A stretch of DNA of 27,186 bases. Source: a virus (lineage: Duplodnaviria; Caudoviricetes). Position numbers and translations under genes: made by a program. The notes beneath the pieces are model-generated. The model ran no database searches and was not told where the DNA came from. It saw only the letters and a list, made by a program, of their open reading frames with translations. The stretch is from the IMG/VR virus record IMGVR_UViG_3300017761_003367, positions 1-27,186 of that record. One strand, given 5' to 3'. Positions 15,495 to 26,625 of the stretch are shown piece by piece (the stretch's first letter is position 1; the number at the start of each line of letters is the position of its first letter).

Positions 15495-17365
15495 TGGCAA
15501 ACGTACCCGATATAAAATATTACGATAAAGACTTTAACACGTTAAAGCAGGATTTAATTAATTATGCTAGAACTTATTTCCAGAACAGTTACATGGATTT
15601 CAGCCCGTCTGCTCCAGGTAATATGTTTATAGAAATGGCAGCTTATGTAGGTGACATCTTAAGTTTCTATACTGATACTCAGTTACAAGAAACTTTGTTA
15701 CTTTATGCTCAAGAGAGAAAAAATATAATTGCATTAGCTTATGCTTTAGGTTACAGACCTAAAGTAACAACAGCTGCATCAGTAGTGTTAGATGTATTTC
15801 AATTAATACCTTCTGATGGTGCTCCTAATTATAATCCTGATTTTAGATATACTGTTAGATTAAATAAAAATGCATCTATTAAATCCACATCAAATCCAAA
15901 CATTACATTCTTAACTCAAGATGTAGTTGATTTTAGATTTTCATCTTCATTTGATCCAACAGACATAACTATTTATCAATATTATACAGGTACAGCAAAT
16001 CCACAATATTATTTACTTAAGAAACAAGTAGAAGCAATATCAGGACAAATTAAATCAACAACATTTTCTTTTGGTAATCCACAACAATTTCCTGTAGTTA
16101 CTATTAATGATTCTAATATCATTCAAGTTTTACAAATAACAGATAGTGACAATAATACCTATTATGAAGTACCTTATTTAGCTCAAGATACAATATTTGA
16201 TGAGTCTCTTAATTTACCTATAAATGAACCTAATTATAGTGATGATAACTCAGCTCGTTTCTTATTAAGAACTAAAAGAGTACAAAGACGTTTTGTTACT
16301 CGTTTTGATGATGATAATAATTTAATGTTAGAATTTGGTAGTGGAGTAACTTCATTACCCGATGAAGTAATTATTCCTAATCCTGATAATGTAGGTTTAG
16401 GTTTAGTAGATGGTATAAGTAAAATGAATATGGCTTATGATCCATCTAACTTTATGTACACAAATGAGTATGGTATTGCTCCTCAAAATACTACTTTAAC
16501 AGTTCAATATTTAACAGGTGGAGGTATAAACGCAAATTTACCTTCTGATGATATTAATTTAAATAATACACTTAATCTTAACATAGATACTTATAATCTA
16601 AATTCTTCAATAGTTAATATAGTTGAAGGTTCAGTTAGATTTAATAATCCAGATCCATCATCAGGTGGAGGACCAGGTGAAACAACAGAACAAATTCGTT
16701 TACAAGCATTAGCTAACTTTCCAACCCAAAATAGAAATGTAACTAAAGCAGATTACTTGATCCGTACTTTATCTATGCCTGCTAAATTTGGTTATATAAG
16801 TAAAGCTTATGTAGCACAAGATTATTTAGTAGCAAATGATACTGACAAACAAAACTTTACCAATAATAATCCATTAGCTATTTCTGTTTATATTTTATCA
16901 AATGATATTGATGGTAAAGTAACTAGAGCATCTAATGTTATTAAACAAAACTTAAAAACATACTTATCATATGAAAAAATGATGAGTGATGCTATTATTA
17001 TCAAGGATGCTTATTATACTAATATAAAGGTTAATTTTGACATATCAATTCTACCAGCGTATAATTCACAAGATATATTATCTAAATGTATTTCAGTCTT
17101 AAAAGACTATTTTGACATAGCTAAATGGCAAATCTCCCAACCAATTATTTATTCAGATATATATAATTTAATAGGTTCTGTTAAAGGTGTTCAATCTGTA
17201 CTTAAAGTAACTATTGAAAATTTAGCTGGAGGAAACTATTCTCCATATTCATATGATATAGAATCTGCTACAAAACAAGGTGTTGTTTATCCTTCATTAG
17301 ATCCTATGATCTTTGAAGTAAGATATCCTGACAGTGATATTTATGGTCGTGTTGTAACTTATTAA
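15494..17365 (+). CDS. Baseplate wedge subunit, T4 gp6 / baseplate-J-like
   Basis: DKDFNTLKQDLINY...DFS...FIEMAAYVGDILSFY...LAYALGY at the N-terminus; YLTGGGINAN and GGGPGETTEQIR...TQNRNVTKADY. Confidence 0.92.
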   Translation: MANVPDIKYYDKDFNTLKQDLINYARTYFQNSYMDFSPSAPGNMFIEMAAYVGDILSFYTDTQLQETLLLYAQERKNIIALAYALGYRPKVTTAASVVLDVFQLIPSDGAPNYNPDFRYTVRLNKNASIKSTSNPNITFLTQDVVDFRFSSSFDPTDITIYQYYTGTANPQYYLLKKQVEAISGQIKSTTFSFGNPQQFPVVTINDSNIIQVLQITDSDNNTYYEVPYLAQDTIFDESLNLPINEPNYSDDNSARFLLRTKRVQRRFVTRFDDDNNLMLEFGSGVTSLPDEVIIPNPDNVGLGLVDGISKMNMAYDPSNFMYTNEYGIAPQNTTLTVQYLTGGGINANLPSDDINLNNTLNLNIDTYNLNSSIVNIVEGSVRFNNPDPSSGGGPGETTEQIRLQALANFPTQNRNVTKADYLIRTLSMPAKFGYISKAYVAQDYLVANDTDKQNFTNNNPLAISVYILSNDIDGKVTRASNVIKQNLKTYLSYEKMMSDAIIIKDAYYTNIKVNFDISILPAYNSQDILSKCISVLKDYFDIAKWQISQPIIYSDIYNLIGSVKGVQSVLKVTIENLAGGNYSPYSYDIESATKQGVVYPSLDPMIFEVRYPDSDIYGRVVTY

Positions 17366-17426
17366 AATAAAATTTATAGATAGTGTATCTCCTGATATAA
17401 CTTATGTAAATATTTAATACATATTC

Positions 17427-17435
17427 ATATTTATA
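17427..17435 (+). promoter_or_regulatory. ATATTTATA putative late promoter
   Basis: In the intergenic gap, 20 nt before ATG 17456. Confidence 0.55.
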
Positions 17436-17455
17436 CTAGAATAATACTAATATAA

Positions 17456-18571
17456 ATGGGTGTTTACAAAATCTTTCCTTCACAGGATACAACAATTTAT
17501 ACAGACTATAATACTCTTAATGCGGGGTTAGATGCAATTTTAGATTTATCTAAAAATGCTCCATATCTTTATCCCTCATCTTCTACTAGTCGTGTACTAA
17601 TCAAATTTGATAATGATGACATAGCAGAAGCTGTTGCTAAGTCAGGTGCTAATTTCACCGCTTCACTTAAGCTATATAATGCCCATGTAGATGGAATACC
17701 AACCAATTTTAATATTGAAATACACCCATTATTCCAAAGTTCAGATATGGGTACAGGCCGTTTTAATAATATTCCTGAGACAAGTGATGGTGCAAGCTGG
17801 AAATATAGAAGTGCAAATCAAACTAATGCTTGGACTATAAATAGTTTACCTTCTGGAGTTACTTCATCATATTATAGTATAAATGAAGGAGGAGCTAATT
17901 GGTATACAGCTTCTGTAACTCAGTCATTTAATTATTTTTCAACTAAAGATATTAATGTTAATGTTAGTCAATTTGTAGGATGGTACACAGCTAGTGTTAT
18001 ACCAAATAATGGTTTTATAATAATGAATAACACCTCAGCATCAGCTAGTGGTACTGGATCATTTGAATTTGATCATAATTACATTTATACATTTAATTTC
18101 TTCTCTAGAGATACTAATACTATTTATCCTCCATGTTTGGAGTTTAAATGGAATGATAGTACATTTAATTCCGGCTCAACTCTATATATATCAAATGAGG
18201 AAATAAATATATCTATTGCTAATAATAAAAATATATTTTATGATAATGAATATGTAAAGTTTAGAGTATATGCTAGAGAAAAATATCCACAACGAATTTA
18301 TACTACCACAGCATTAACTAAATATAATAAATTATTACCAACATCCTCTTATTATTCAGTTATAGATTTAAATACAAATCTTAAAGTAATTGATTTTGAT
18401 AATGTAGCAACTAAATTAAGTAATGATACTACTAGTAGTTTCTTTAGAATGTATATGGATGGATTAGAACCAGATCGTTATTATAAAATACAAATTAAGT
18501 CTATCATTGATGGTGGAACTTACATTTATGATGATGATTATTATTTTAAAATATCTCAAACTGTTGAATAA
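17456..18571 (+). CDS. Virion structural protein with DNRLRE/CBM96-like beta-sandwich
   Basis: IFPSQDTTIY...SRVLIKFD...ASLKLY...NVSQFV.W...NNGFII...FFSRD....PPCLE follows the DNRLRE-like layout. Confidence 0.65.
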   Translation: MGVYKIFPSQDTTIYTDYNTLNAGLDAILDLSKNAPYLYPSSSTSRVLIKFDNDDIAEAVAKSGANFTASLKLYNAHVDGIPTNFNIEIHPLFQSSDMGTGRFNNIPETSDGASWKYRSANQTNAWTINSLPSGVTSSYYSINEGGANWYTASVTQSFNYFSTKDINVNVSQFVGWYTASVIPNNGFIIMNNTSASASGTGSFEFDHNYIYTFNFFSRDTNTIYPPCLEFKWNDSTFNSGSTLYISNEEINISIANNKNIFYDNEYVKFRVYAREKYPQRIYTTTALTKYNKLLPTSSYYSVIDLNTNLKVIDFDNVATKLSNDTTSSFFRMYMDGLEPDRYYKIQIKSIIDGGTYIYDDDYYFKISQTVE

Positions 18572-18915
18572 TGTCTGAACAAGTAAAATTACAAAAAACT
18601 ATTTATAGTTTACAAGACTTCAATAATATTGTTAATACTGAATTTAGTCAACTAACAACTCCTACTAAAACAACTCCTGATACTCCAGATATGACGGTAG
18701 ATCAGTTCTTTAATGAATATGATATTTTATTTTATGAAATACCAAAAGATGGATCTGATAATTCACATTTAGGATTAGCTACAAGAAGTTTAGAGTATTT
18801 AGGTATATCATTAGAAGATTTACAAAGTGAAATTAATGAATTAAGAGAAGAAAATGTTAATTTGCAAAATCAAATTTTATTAACTTCTCAAATAAACATA
18901 GGAACACAAGTATAA
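18571..18915 (+). CDS. Small structural-region protein with C-terminal coiled coil
   Basis: LEDLQSEINELREENVNLQNQI; TAATG coupling. Confidence 0.8.
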   Translation: MSEQVKLQKTIYSLQDFNNIVNTEFSQLTTPTKTTPDTPDMTVDQFFNEYDILFYEIPKDGSDNSHLGLATRSLEYLGISLEDLQSEINELREENVNLQNQILLTSQINIGTQV

Positions 18916-18916
18916 T

Positions 18917-21900
18917 ATGGCAGTTAATATTAATAAAATAATAACTAATAACAGTATCCTAACTGGTTCTTCTGTTGATTTAGTATCGTCAAAAAATATG
19001 ACTAGAAACTTCGGCTCTGCTGAAGACTATGTTGAGTTATATATAGAAGATCCTGCAGGTGATAATCTATATTCAATAATACCGTTTATGAATTATCAAA
19101 CTCCAGGTATTTATCAACCAACAGATACTTATAATATTCAAGAATTAGAATTTGATCCTGCTACAGATTTACAAGATTTAGCCATTAGTTATGGAGATTA
19201 TATTCTAACATATAATGTTTTAAGACCTAAAATTGTAAAAAACTACAATTTAAGTTTCTTCATAAAAGAAATATCAGCTGATAGAACTGAGATTAGATTA
19301 AGTACCAACAATATATCTAATACAGATATTGAAACTAATACACTTGATTTCATAATTGAATTTCAATCAGTATCTTATTTTAAAGAGTTCTATATAAATT
19401 TTGGACAAGGTATATTATTACCTGCTATTAATGTTGCTTTAGATAAAAATACCAACCCGTATTCTATTCTAATAAAACTTCTTAATCCATTACCTATACA
19501 ATATGATACAAATGTATTAGTTAGTATTGTTGATAAAATCTCTAATACTCAGCAATTTTCAGCTGATATAACTTTAGATTCTATTCCTGTAACATTTCCA
19601 ACATTACGTGGACCTAACTTTGATTTAGATTTAGATAGTGTTAGAGTAGGACCTACTCCATATTATAATTTTAGCCAAGTAACAAATTTTCAAGGTAATT
19701 TTGCTCCTCAATTACAACAATTACTTGGACAATTAAGTGCCTCAAACTTTGCTATTAATATTGATTACGCTAATTTTGAATATACTGATTGGATTCATTA
19801 TTCAAGTGCAGCTCGTCGTTTAGAAGGATTTAAATATAAATTATCTAATATTGGTTTATTCACATCAGCATCTTCATCAGCAGCTGTGAGTACAACTCCA
19901 ACTGCTTTATTAGATGCTCAAGGATATCAAGCTAAAATAAACTCAACTATTCAAAGTTTTGATGGTTATGAACAATATCTATTCTATGAATCTGGAGCAT
20001 ATGCTTGGCCTAAACAAAACTCAACTAAACCATATATAAATTATTCAGTTACTTCTTCTCAAGCTGTAAACTGGTATAATGGTGCTTTTGATTCTTCTTC
20101 ATTATATGATGATAATAACCAAAACTATTTGCTTTATGCAATGCCTGGTTATATAGCTGAAAATGGTGATAATGAATTAGTGTTTAAATTTGTTGCTTCA
20201 ATTGGACAAATGTTTGATGACATTTGGATTCATATTAAATCAATAACTGATTTATATCAGGCTAAAAATGCTTTAGACCAAGGTATATCTAAGGATATAG
20301 TGTATTTTGCTCTACAATCAATGGGTATTAATGTATATACAGACCAAGATGGAACTGATGTATTTCAATATTTGTATGGTGTAAATTCTGATGGTACTTA
20401 TCTGCCTAACACAGGTTCATACCAAACATTAATTAGTGCTTCTAATTATCAAACATCAGGACAAGATCAACAAAAAGGATTTTATAAAAGAATATACGCT
20501 AATTTACCTTTATTACTTAAATCAAAAGGCACAACCCGCTTTATTCAATATTTAAATACAATATTTGGTATTCCTGATACTATAATGAGTTATGTTGAGT
20601 ACGGCGGTACTGATAAAATAACATCTTCATTTGAATATGAATATGATAGATTTACTTATGCTTTAAAATCATCAGGTTCAAATAGTATAAGTATTCCTTG
20701 GAACTATACTTCACAAAGTAAAGCTAGAACAGGATATAATGATATTGTACCTAATGGTATTGAATTTAGATTTAAAGCATACCCAACAGCATCAAATATA
20801 TTAGCTACTACTTTTGCTACTCAATCTTTATTTTATAGTGGTTCAGATATTCAATTTAATTTATTATATAGAAGTACAGGATCATCCAATTCTATATACT
20901 CAGGCAGTGTAGGAAATTTTGGATATTTCCAATTTAAATTAGGTGGATTATCAGTAACATCTTCTACTATACCTATTTATAATACAGGTTCAAATAGTGA
21001 TTCTGATAATGATACTGATTGGTATTCTGTATTAGTACAAAGAACAAATCCGGATTTAAGAATAGGAGATGTTAGTACATCTCAAACATATACTTTTTAT
21101 GTTAAGAATAATGTTTGGGGAGAAGTAGGACATGTAACAACTGCTAGTTTAACTACATCTACAGCCGCTACTAACTCATTATGGTACACACAAGGTTCTA
21201 TAAAATTAGGAGGTGGTACTTATCCATTTAGTGGTTCTCTTCAAGAAATTAGATTGTGGTCTAATACATTAAATGAAGTTACTTTTGACTCACATGTATT
21301 AAATCCTGAATCAATTGAAGGTAATTACACCACATCATCTTATAATGATTTAACAGCTCGATTCCCATTAGGAAATGATTTATATATTTACAACCACACT
21401 TTAACACCTAGTGTTAATTCTGTAGCACCAGATCAAACAATTCAAACTTGGACAGCTACATTTACAAATTTTCTTAATCAAAATAACTACTCATCATTTA
21501 CTGAAACATATTATGCTGATGTTGCAAATTCAGGATATGCTAATCCAGTAACTGATAAAATAAGAATATATAGTGGCAGTGAATATGGTACTCAATTATT
21601 GCCTAATAAGAGTATTCAAATACCTGACTTAATTCCTATAACAAAAGATATACATTTAATTGATGCTAGTTTATCCCCAATGGATGAAATTGATAGAGAT
21701 ATCATAGCACAATTAGGTTCAACATATGATTTAGATAGTATTATAGGTAATCCAAACCCTTCATCTTATCAAGAATTTGAAGTATTAAGAAATGAATACT
21801 TTAAGAAATATATAGACAAATATAATTACAAAGATTATGTTCGTTTAATTGAATTTTTTCATAACTCATTATTTAGAACACTTAAAGATTTTACACCTGC

Positions 21901-23866
21901 TAGAACAAATCCAGCTACAGGTATTTTATATAGACCACATTTATTAGAAAGATCACTTGCTATTCAACCAGAACCATATGTAACTGACTTTAATAATGAT
22001 ACTGCTTCTATAAACACAGCATTTATAAGTGCAAGTAATGGTGGTGGTTATAGTCAATCTATATATCCAATAACATATAAAACACCTGTTGGAAATGTAA
22101 CAGTACAATCTGACGCTAGAGATTTCTTTACAGGAGAATTACCTAGTTCATCAATATTCATTCATGATGATTTTGCTACTTTAAATTATAATCCATTTAC
22201 AGTATTCAACCCACTAAATCTTAGTTATTATTCAGAATCTATTTGGGCTTATAGTTATGATGCTTTATTAAATAATGTATCTAGTTCTGTTTTATCAACT
22301 ATTAGACAAAAAATAAGTTGGCAAAACAGTGGTAGTAATCCTAATTTAATTGAAGTATTAGAACCAGTAGAGTTACAAGATTTTACTTATAAATATCTTC
22401 GTCATGCTAAACCTAGATATATTGGTTCACAAACAAATAGTACTGAATATAATTTTTATAATAATAATGATGTTGATTTTGAAGCAATTGGATCTGGTCC
22501 TTATGGTAAAAATGCTACTATAGATAGAAATAGTATTCAATTCGCTTACTTTAATGAGGCAGTAGCTACAGGTTCTCAACTTATAGCTATGCCAGAGCGT
22601 ACTAATTTATATTTAAAATATTTAATAGATGCTTCAGGTTCATTAACTGAATTAGTACAACGTGATTATATTGATGTTAGAAATAATCAACTTTGGAATT
22701 TATACCAAGTACAAAATATATTTAAAAGTAGAGATATATATAATCAAACTCCAACTTTAAATGTATCTTTATTTGATAACCAAAAACCATCTAGACAGAA
22801 AAATTTAGATGGAAATAAAGAAATTTATGTTAGTGGCATTAAGTATTATCCTATGTTATGGAGAGTAGCTAATACAGATATGATATATAGTTTGGATAAT
22901 GGATTTTCAACAAGTCAATTTTATGATACAAGTAAATGGGTTGTACTTAATCAAAATGCTAGACGCTTAATACATTATGGATGGTCAGAAACTAGTTTTA
23001 CAGGTACTCCAACTTGGACACTTTCTAGTGTTCCACTTCCTTTTGATGTAATAGTAACTGTTAGGATTAATTATAACCGTCCTTTTACAGCTTCGTACAA
23101 TGCCCTAACGGTAAATTATTTTGATATAAATGTTACAATCCCAGCAAAAACAGCTAGTGGAGCTAATAATTTCTCAAATTCTTTTAGAATAGATGTTGGT
23201 GGAGATAGACAACCATTACTAAGTATGACAGTAATTAATGTTAAACCTGCAGCAGGTGTAGACCCAGGATTCATATATTTTGAAACAGAACTAAGTGGTA
23301 GTGCAAATTTAACAGTAAATTCATCTGATAAAAGAATAGTATCATGTTCAGCAAAACAATCAAAATTATACAAAGCACCAATATTTTTTTCAGGAAGTAA
23401 TGTTACAAATATAATTGGACAAGGATCTGTTGATAGTTATATTAACTTTATAAGTGGATCATGTTTTCCTGTAGAATATCCTTTTGAAATTAACCCAGGA
23501 GACATAATTAGATTTGATTCTGGTTCAGTAACATTTCCAACAAAAAATTTCCTTCCTGCAAATGAATACACTATATTGAGTGTGAATGTACCTACTAGTG
23601 CTTCAGAAACTAATCGTGTAACATTTACATTAGATAAACCTGTTAATGATGCTGTTACTAGTAGTGCTTATACAATACAAAGATATGTTTTTTCTAAAAA
23701 AATAACAGATGAAACTAATATAATTATTAATTTTAAGAAAAATCAAGGATTAACATCTGGTGGTATTGTTAAGAGTAATAGTTTATTATTATCAATTGAT
23801 GATAATGTAGCAAACATAGTGAGTGAATTAAAGAGCAAAATATTTAGCACAGTTCTCACAACATAA
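18917..23866 (+). CDS. Very large baseplate/virion protein (1649 aa) with a central LamG/ConA-like domain; positionally gp7-like
   Basis: IEFRFKA...WYSVLVQR...IKLGG...FSGSLQEIRLWSNTL is LamG-like. LLLKSKGTTRFIQYLNTIFGI resembles the wedge/P2-I-like KGT motif. Confidence 0.75.
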   Translation: MAVNINKIITNNSILTGSSVDLVSSKNMTRNFGSAEDYVELYIEDPAGDNLYSIIPFMNYQTPGIYQPTDTYNIQELEFDPATDLQDLAISYGDYILTYNVLRPKIVKNYNLSFFIKEISADRTEIRLSTNNISNTDIETNTLDFIIEFQSVSYFKEFYINFGQGILLPAINVALDKNTNPYSILIKLLNPLPIQYDTNVLVSIVDKISNTQQFSADITLDSIPVTFPTLRGPNFDLDLDSVRVGPTPYYNFSQVTNFQGNFAPQLQQLLGQLSASNFAINIDYANFEYTDWIHYSSAARRLEGFKYKLSNIGLFTSASSSAAVSTTPTALLDAQGYQAKINSTIQSFDGYEQYLFYESGAYAWPKQNSTKPYINYSVTSSQAVNWYNGAFDSSSLYDDNNQNYLLYAMPGYIAENGDNELVFKFVASIGQMFDDIWIHIKSITDLYQAKNALDQGISKDIVYFALQSMGINVYTDQDGTDVFQYLYGVNSDGTYLPNTGSYQTLISASNYQTSGQDQQKGFYKRIYANLPLLLKSKGTTRFIQYLNTIFGIPDTIMSYVEYGGTDKITSSFEYEYDRFTYALKSSGSNSISIPWNYTSQSKARTGYNDIVPNGIEFRFKAYPTASNILATTFATQSLFYSGSDIQFNLLYRSTGSSNSIYSGSVGNFGYFQFKLGGLSVTSSTIPIYNTGSNSDSDNDTDWYSVLVQRTNPDLRIGDVSTSQTYTFYVKNNVWGEVGHVTTASLTTSTAATNSLWYTQGSIKLGGGTYPFSGSLQEIRLWSNTLNEVTFDSHVLNPESIEGNYTTSSYNDLTARFPLGNDLYIYNHTLTPSVNSVAPDQTIQTWTATFTNFLNQNNYSSFTETYYADVANSGYANPVTDKIRIYSGSEYGTQLLPNKSIQIPDLIPITKDIHLIDASLSPMDEIDRDIIAQLGSTYDLDSIIGNPNPSSYQEFEVLRNEYFKKYIDKYNYKDYVRLIEFFHNSLFRTLKDFTPARTNPATGILYRPHLLERSLAIQPEPYVTDFNNDTASINTAFISASNGGGYSQSIYPITYKTPVGNVTVQSDARDFFTGELPSSSIFIHDDFATLNYNPFTVFNPLNLSYYSESIWAYSYDALLNNVSSSVLSTIRQKISWQNSGSNPNLIEVLEPVELQDFTYKYLRHAKPRYIGSQTNSTEYNFYNNNDVDFEAIGSGPYGKNATIDRNSIQFAYFNEAVATGSQLIAMPERTNLYLKYLIDASGSLTELVQRDYIDVRNNQLWNLYQVQNIFKSRDIYNQTPTLNVSLFDNQKPSRQKNLDGNKEIYVSGIKYYPMLWRVANTDMIYSLDNGFSTSQFYDTSKWVVLNQNARRLIHYGWSETSFTGTPTWTLSSVPLPFDVIVTVRINYNRPFTASYNALTVNYFDINVTIPAKTASGANNFSNSFRIDVGGDRQPLLSMTVINVKPAAGVDPGFIYFETELSGSANLTVNSSDKRIVSCSAKQSKLYKAPIFFSGSNVTNIIGQGSVDSYINFISGSCFPVEYPFEINPGDIIRFDSGSVTFPTKNFLPANEYTILSVNVPTSASETNRVTFTLDKPVNDAVTSSAYTIQRYVFSKKITDETNIIINFKKNQGLTSGGIVKSNSLLLSIDDNVANIVSELKSKIFSTVLTT

Positions 23867-23867
23867 T

Positions 23868-23876
23868 ATATTTATA
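23868..23876 (+). promoter_or_regulatory. ATATTTATA putative late promoter
   Basis: Immediately after stop 23866 and 19 nt before ATG 23896. Confidence 0.6.
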
Positions 23877-23895
23877 TAAAACACAATTAATAAAG

Positions 23896-24564
23896 ATGGC
23901 ATTTTTAAACAACCAATATGTAACAATTGACGCTGTTCTGACAAAAAAAGGACGCGAGTTACTAGCACGTAATGATGGGTCATTTCAAATTTCACAATTT
24001 GCATTATCTGATGATGAAATAGATTATACTTTGTATAATCCAAACCACCCATCAGGTTCAGCATTTTTTGGTGAAGCAATTGAGGCTATGCCTTTATTAG
24101 AAGCATTTACTGATGAAACACAAATGATGAAATACAAATTAGTTACTTTACCAAGAGGTACAAGTAAATTGCCTGTATTAAATCTTGGATACACAACAGT
24201 ATCATTACGCCAGGCAGCTGCTATTCAAATCACTCCTCAAACATTAAATTATCTAGGGGCTGTTTCAACTTTTGAACCATCAGGTTACTTAATGACTGTG
24301 GGAGATTCAAGATTCCTTAGTACATTCACAGGTACTGGTATTGATACAACTGGATTAAATATCACAAATCCAACTCCAAATTCAAGTGGTGCAAGTCTGT
24401 CAGCAAGTCAAATTGGTACTTCATTTAGTTTAATTGGAACAACAATTAATACTTTATTTGGAACAAGTGCTTTACCTGGTTCTACAATAACAACAACTAT
24501 TACTGTAACAGGTAGAGATAGTGGAGCTAGAATTACAATACCTTTAACAATCATTAAAACCTAA
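23896..24564 (+). CDS. Virion structural protein (baseplate/tail-collar-like N-terminus)
   Basis: IDAVLTKKGRELLA...ISQFALSDDEIDY resembles the LTxxGxxLLA...A.GD start of tail-collar domains. Confidence 0.65.
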   Translation: MAFLNNQYVTIDAVLTKKGRELLARNDGSFQISQFALSDDEIDYTLYNPNHPSGSAFFGEAIEAMPLLEAFTDETQMMKYKLVTLPRGTSKLPVLNLGYTTVSLRQAAAIQITPQTLNYLGAVSTFEPSGYLMTVGDSRFLSTFTGTGIDTTGLNITNPTPNSSGASLSASQIGTSFSLIGTTINTLFGTSALPGSTITTTITVTGRDSGARITIPLTIIKT

Positions 24565-24571
24565 TTAACAT

Positions 24572-25660
24572 ATGTCTTTTGGAGCTTATAATACCGAAGA
24601 TCAAGTACTAAGTTCAGACTCAGTAATATCTCCTATGTGGAGTAGTGATCTTACTACTTTAAATACTTTTTATAGTTGGTCATCACAAGAATTAAATACT
24701 TTACAAGGTCAATTTTATCTTAATGTATTTAAAGATTATATATCTAATTCTATTCCACTTAGTCAGACAAATGAGGTACAATTTTCAATAGCTTATGGTC
24801 ATATAAGTGGATCTGGATCTTCTTATTTTAATGCTTTAGTCCCAGATAAAACTCCTACTAGAGATATATATGGACAATTTAGATCATTAATTTATGGAGA
24901 TGAAAATTCTGCATTTCAATTTGGTGGTTCAGCTGGGGCTTCAAAAGATATTATTGTTATATCTGTAAGTAGAGCTAGATTTAAAGAATCATTCAATCCA
25001 GGATCATTAGTTCTTCAATTAACTAGTGGTAGTAAACGTATTACTTTAGTTGATGATTCAACAGTAACAACTACTTCTACTTATATTGGAGCATCTCGTG
25101 TATATCAATTATTAAGTGGATCTACAGATGCTGTAGGCAATCCAGTTGTACAATCATCCTTATACACTGTTAGTGGTTCATATGGTATAATGATTCCTGA
25201 TGAAGGATTAATTATATTAAATCCAAGAGCATTATCATTACCATCAGGTTCTTTAGGTGGAGTAGGAGCTATATTCAATGAATTTAGTTCATCTCAAGCT
25301 GCTTCATTTTTTTCTACAAACTCAACATTTAATTTTAATAATAGAATGGTGTTTGATATGATTTCATCATCTGTTGTAGCTACACCAAAATTTCGTTTAC
25401 AAAGTTTTGAAACAATTTCATCTCGTTATTTCTTCACTCGTGTAAAAAACAGTGAATTTAATTATACAACCAATCCAACTATCATTGATGACAATGGTAA
25501 TTTATTATATACTCAATTAATTTATAATCCACAAACTTATATAACAACTATAGGAATGTTTAATAATACTGGTGATTTACTAGCGGTAGCTAAATTAAAT
25601 AAACCATTAGTGAAAGATTTCACTAAAGAATTATTATTAAGAGTTAAATTAGACTTCTAA
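24572..25660 (+). CDS. Virion structural protein (baseplate wedge/tail-collar-like C-terminus)
   Basis: C-terminal [27 protein letters not shown]...LRVKLDF. Confidence 0.65.
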   Translation: MSFGAYNTEDQVLSSDSVISPMWSSDLTTLNTFYSWSSQELNTLQGQFYLNVFKDYISNSIPLSQTNEVQFSIAYGHISGSGSSYFNALVPDKTPTRDIYGQFRSLIYGDENSAFQFGGSAGASKDIIVISVSRARFKESFNPGSLVLQLTSGSKRITLVDDSTVTTTSTYIGASRVYQLLSGSTDAVGNPVVQSSLYTVSGSYGIMIPDEGLIILNPRALSLPSGSLGGVGAIFNEFSSSQAASFFSTNSTFNFNNRMVFDMISSSVVATPKFRLQSFETISSRYFFTRVKNSEFNYTTNPTIIDDNGNLLYTQLIYNPQTYITTIGMFNNTGDLLAVAKLNKPLVKDFTKELLLRVKLDF

Positions 25661-25670
25661 TGTTTCGCCC

Positions 25671-26600
25671 ATGTCAGCAAATGCGTTTAAACGATTTAAT
25701 GTTTCTGATATCTTCGTAGTACCTTATACTGCGAATAAAACTTGGGACTTAGCATCATCATCATTTGTTGATAATAGAATTGTAGTTAATATAGGAGTTA
25801 ATACAACAGCTTCTTTATTTGATCCTATTAATGAATACAGAACTAATGGTCAATATGACAGATTAGTTTATAATTCAATTAATTTAACTTATTATCCAAC
25901 TTTTTTACCGTATCAAGTATCATCAACTTCCTCAAGACAAGGTTCCATCTATAATGATGGAACTTTATCTACATCTTCATATTATAATGGATTTATAGAA
26001 TTAGGTAACTTAGACACTGTAAAATATTTTCCAACAGGAAATAATGAGGTTATTTATGTTTTAAATACTCCTAGAAGTTTAACTAGTGATAAAATATTAC
26101 CTACTACTTTTGAAGTAAATTTTGCTAGTGGATCTAACACATATAAAATATATGATGATGGAAATTATAATTTATTTTATAGTGGAAGTAATATAAGTTC
26201 CTCTATTGGAACTATATTATCTCAAAGTTCATATGTTGGTAATGTTTTTTATGAGCAAAATATTGCTATATTAACAGTATTTCCTAATTCATTAAGATCA
26301 GCAGGATGGAGACCAATAAATCCTTACTGTGAACAAGATCCACCTGATCCAACACCGTCTGTATCTGTATCACCAGGGGCTTCACCAACATCAACTCCTA
26401 GTATAACACCAAGTATTACTAGAACACCAAGTATAACTCCTAGCATAACACCAAGTATAACACTAAGTGTAACACCAAGTGTAACACCAACTATTACACC
26501 TAGCATAACACCAAGTTTAACTGTGACACCAAGTATAACTCCTAGTGTAACAGTCACCCCTAGCATAACACCAAGCATTACACCACCACCTTCTAACTAA
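25671..26600 (+). CDS. Structural-region protein with C-terminal Pro/Ser/Thr mucin-like tail
   Basis: The segment PTTFEV...IYDDGNYNL...[13 protein letters not shown] parallels PGSLVL...LVDD...[13 protein letters not shown] in the previous gene; ends in TPSI repeats. Confidence 0.85.
   Translation: MSANAFKRFNVSDIFVVPYTANKTWDLASSSFVDNRIVVNIGVNTTASLFDPINEYRTNGQYDRLVYNSINLTYYPTFLPYQVSSTSSRQGSIYNDGTLSTSSYYNGFIELGNLDTVKYFPTGNNEVIYVLNTPRSLTSDKILPTTFEVNFASGSNTYKIYDDGNYNLFYSGSNISSSIGTILSQSSYVGNVFYEQNIAILTVFPNSLRSAGWRPINPYCEQDPPDPTPSVSVSPGASPTSTPSITPSITRTPSITPSITPSITLSVTPSVTPTITPSITPSLTVTPSITPSVTVTPSITPSITPPPSN
26340..26597 (+). repeat. Degenerate 12-bp (occasionally 18-bp) coding tandem repeat, TPS(I/V/L)
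   Basis: Units such as acaccaagtata / actcctagcata / acaccaagtgta; more than a dozen TPSx units. Confidence 0.92.
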
Positions 26601-26612
26601 CAAAATGAAAAA

Positions 26613-26621
26613 ATATTTATA
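26613..26621 (+). promoter_or_regulatory. ATATTTATA putative late promoter
   Basis: In the 25-nt gap; 4 nt before ATG 26626. Confidence 0.55.
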
Positions 26622-26625
26622 ATAA

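Noticed and set aside
17366-17426. Possible terminator after the gp6-like gene (AGATA-GTG-TATCT)
   Set aside because: Weak AT-rich 5-bp stem with no U-tract.
13628-26578. Minus-strand ORFs 13628-13894, 23116-23373, 23828-24079, 26324-26578
   Set aside because: Antisense shadows of structural genes; the LGV repeat ORF is simply the reverse complement of the TPSI repeat.
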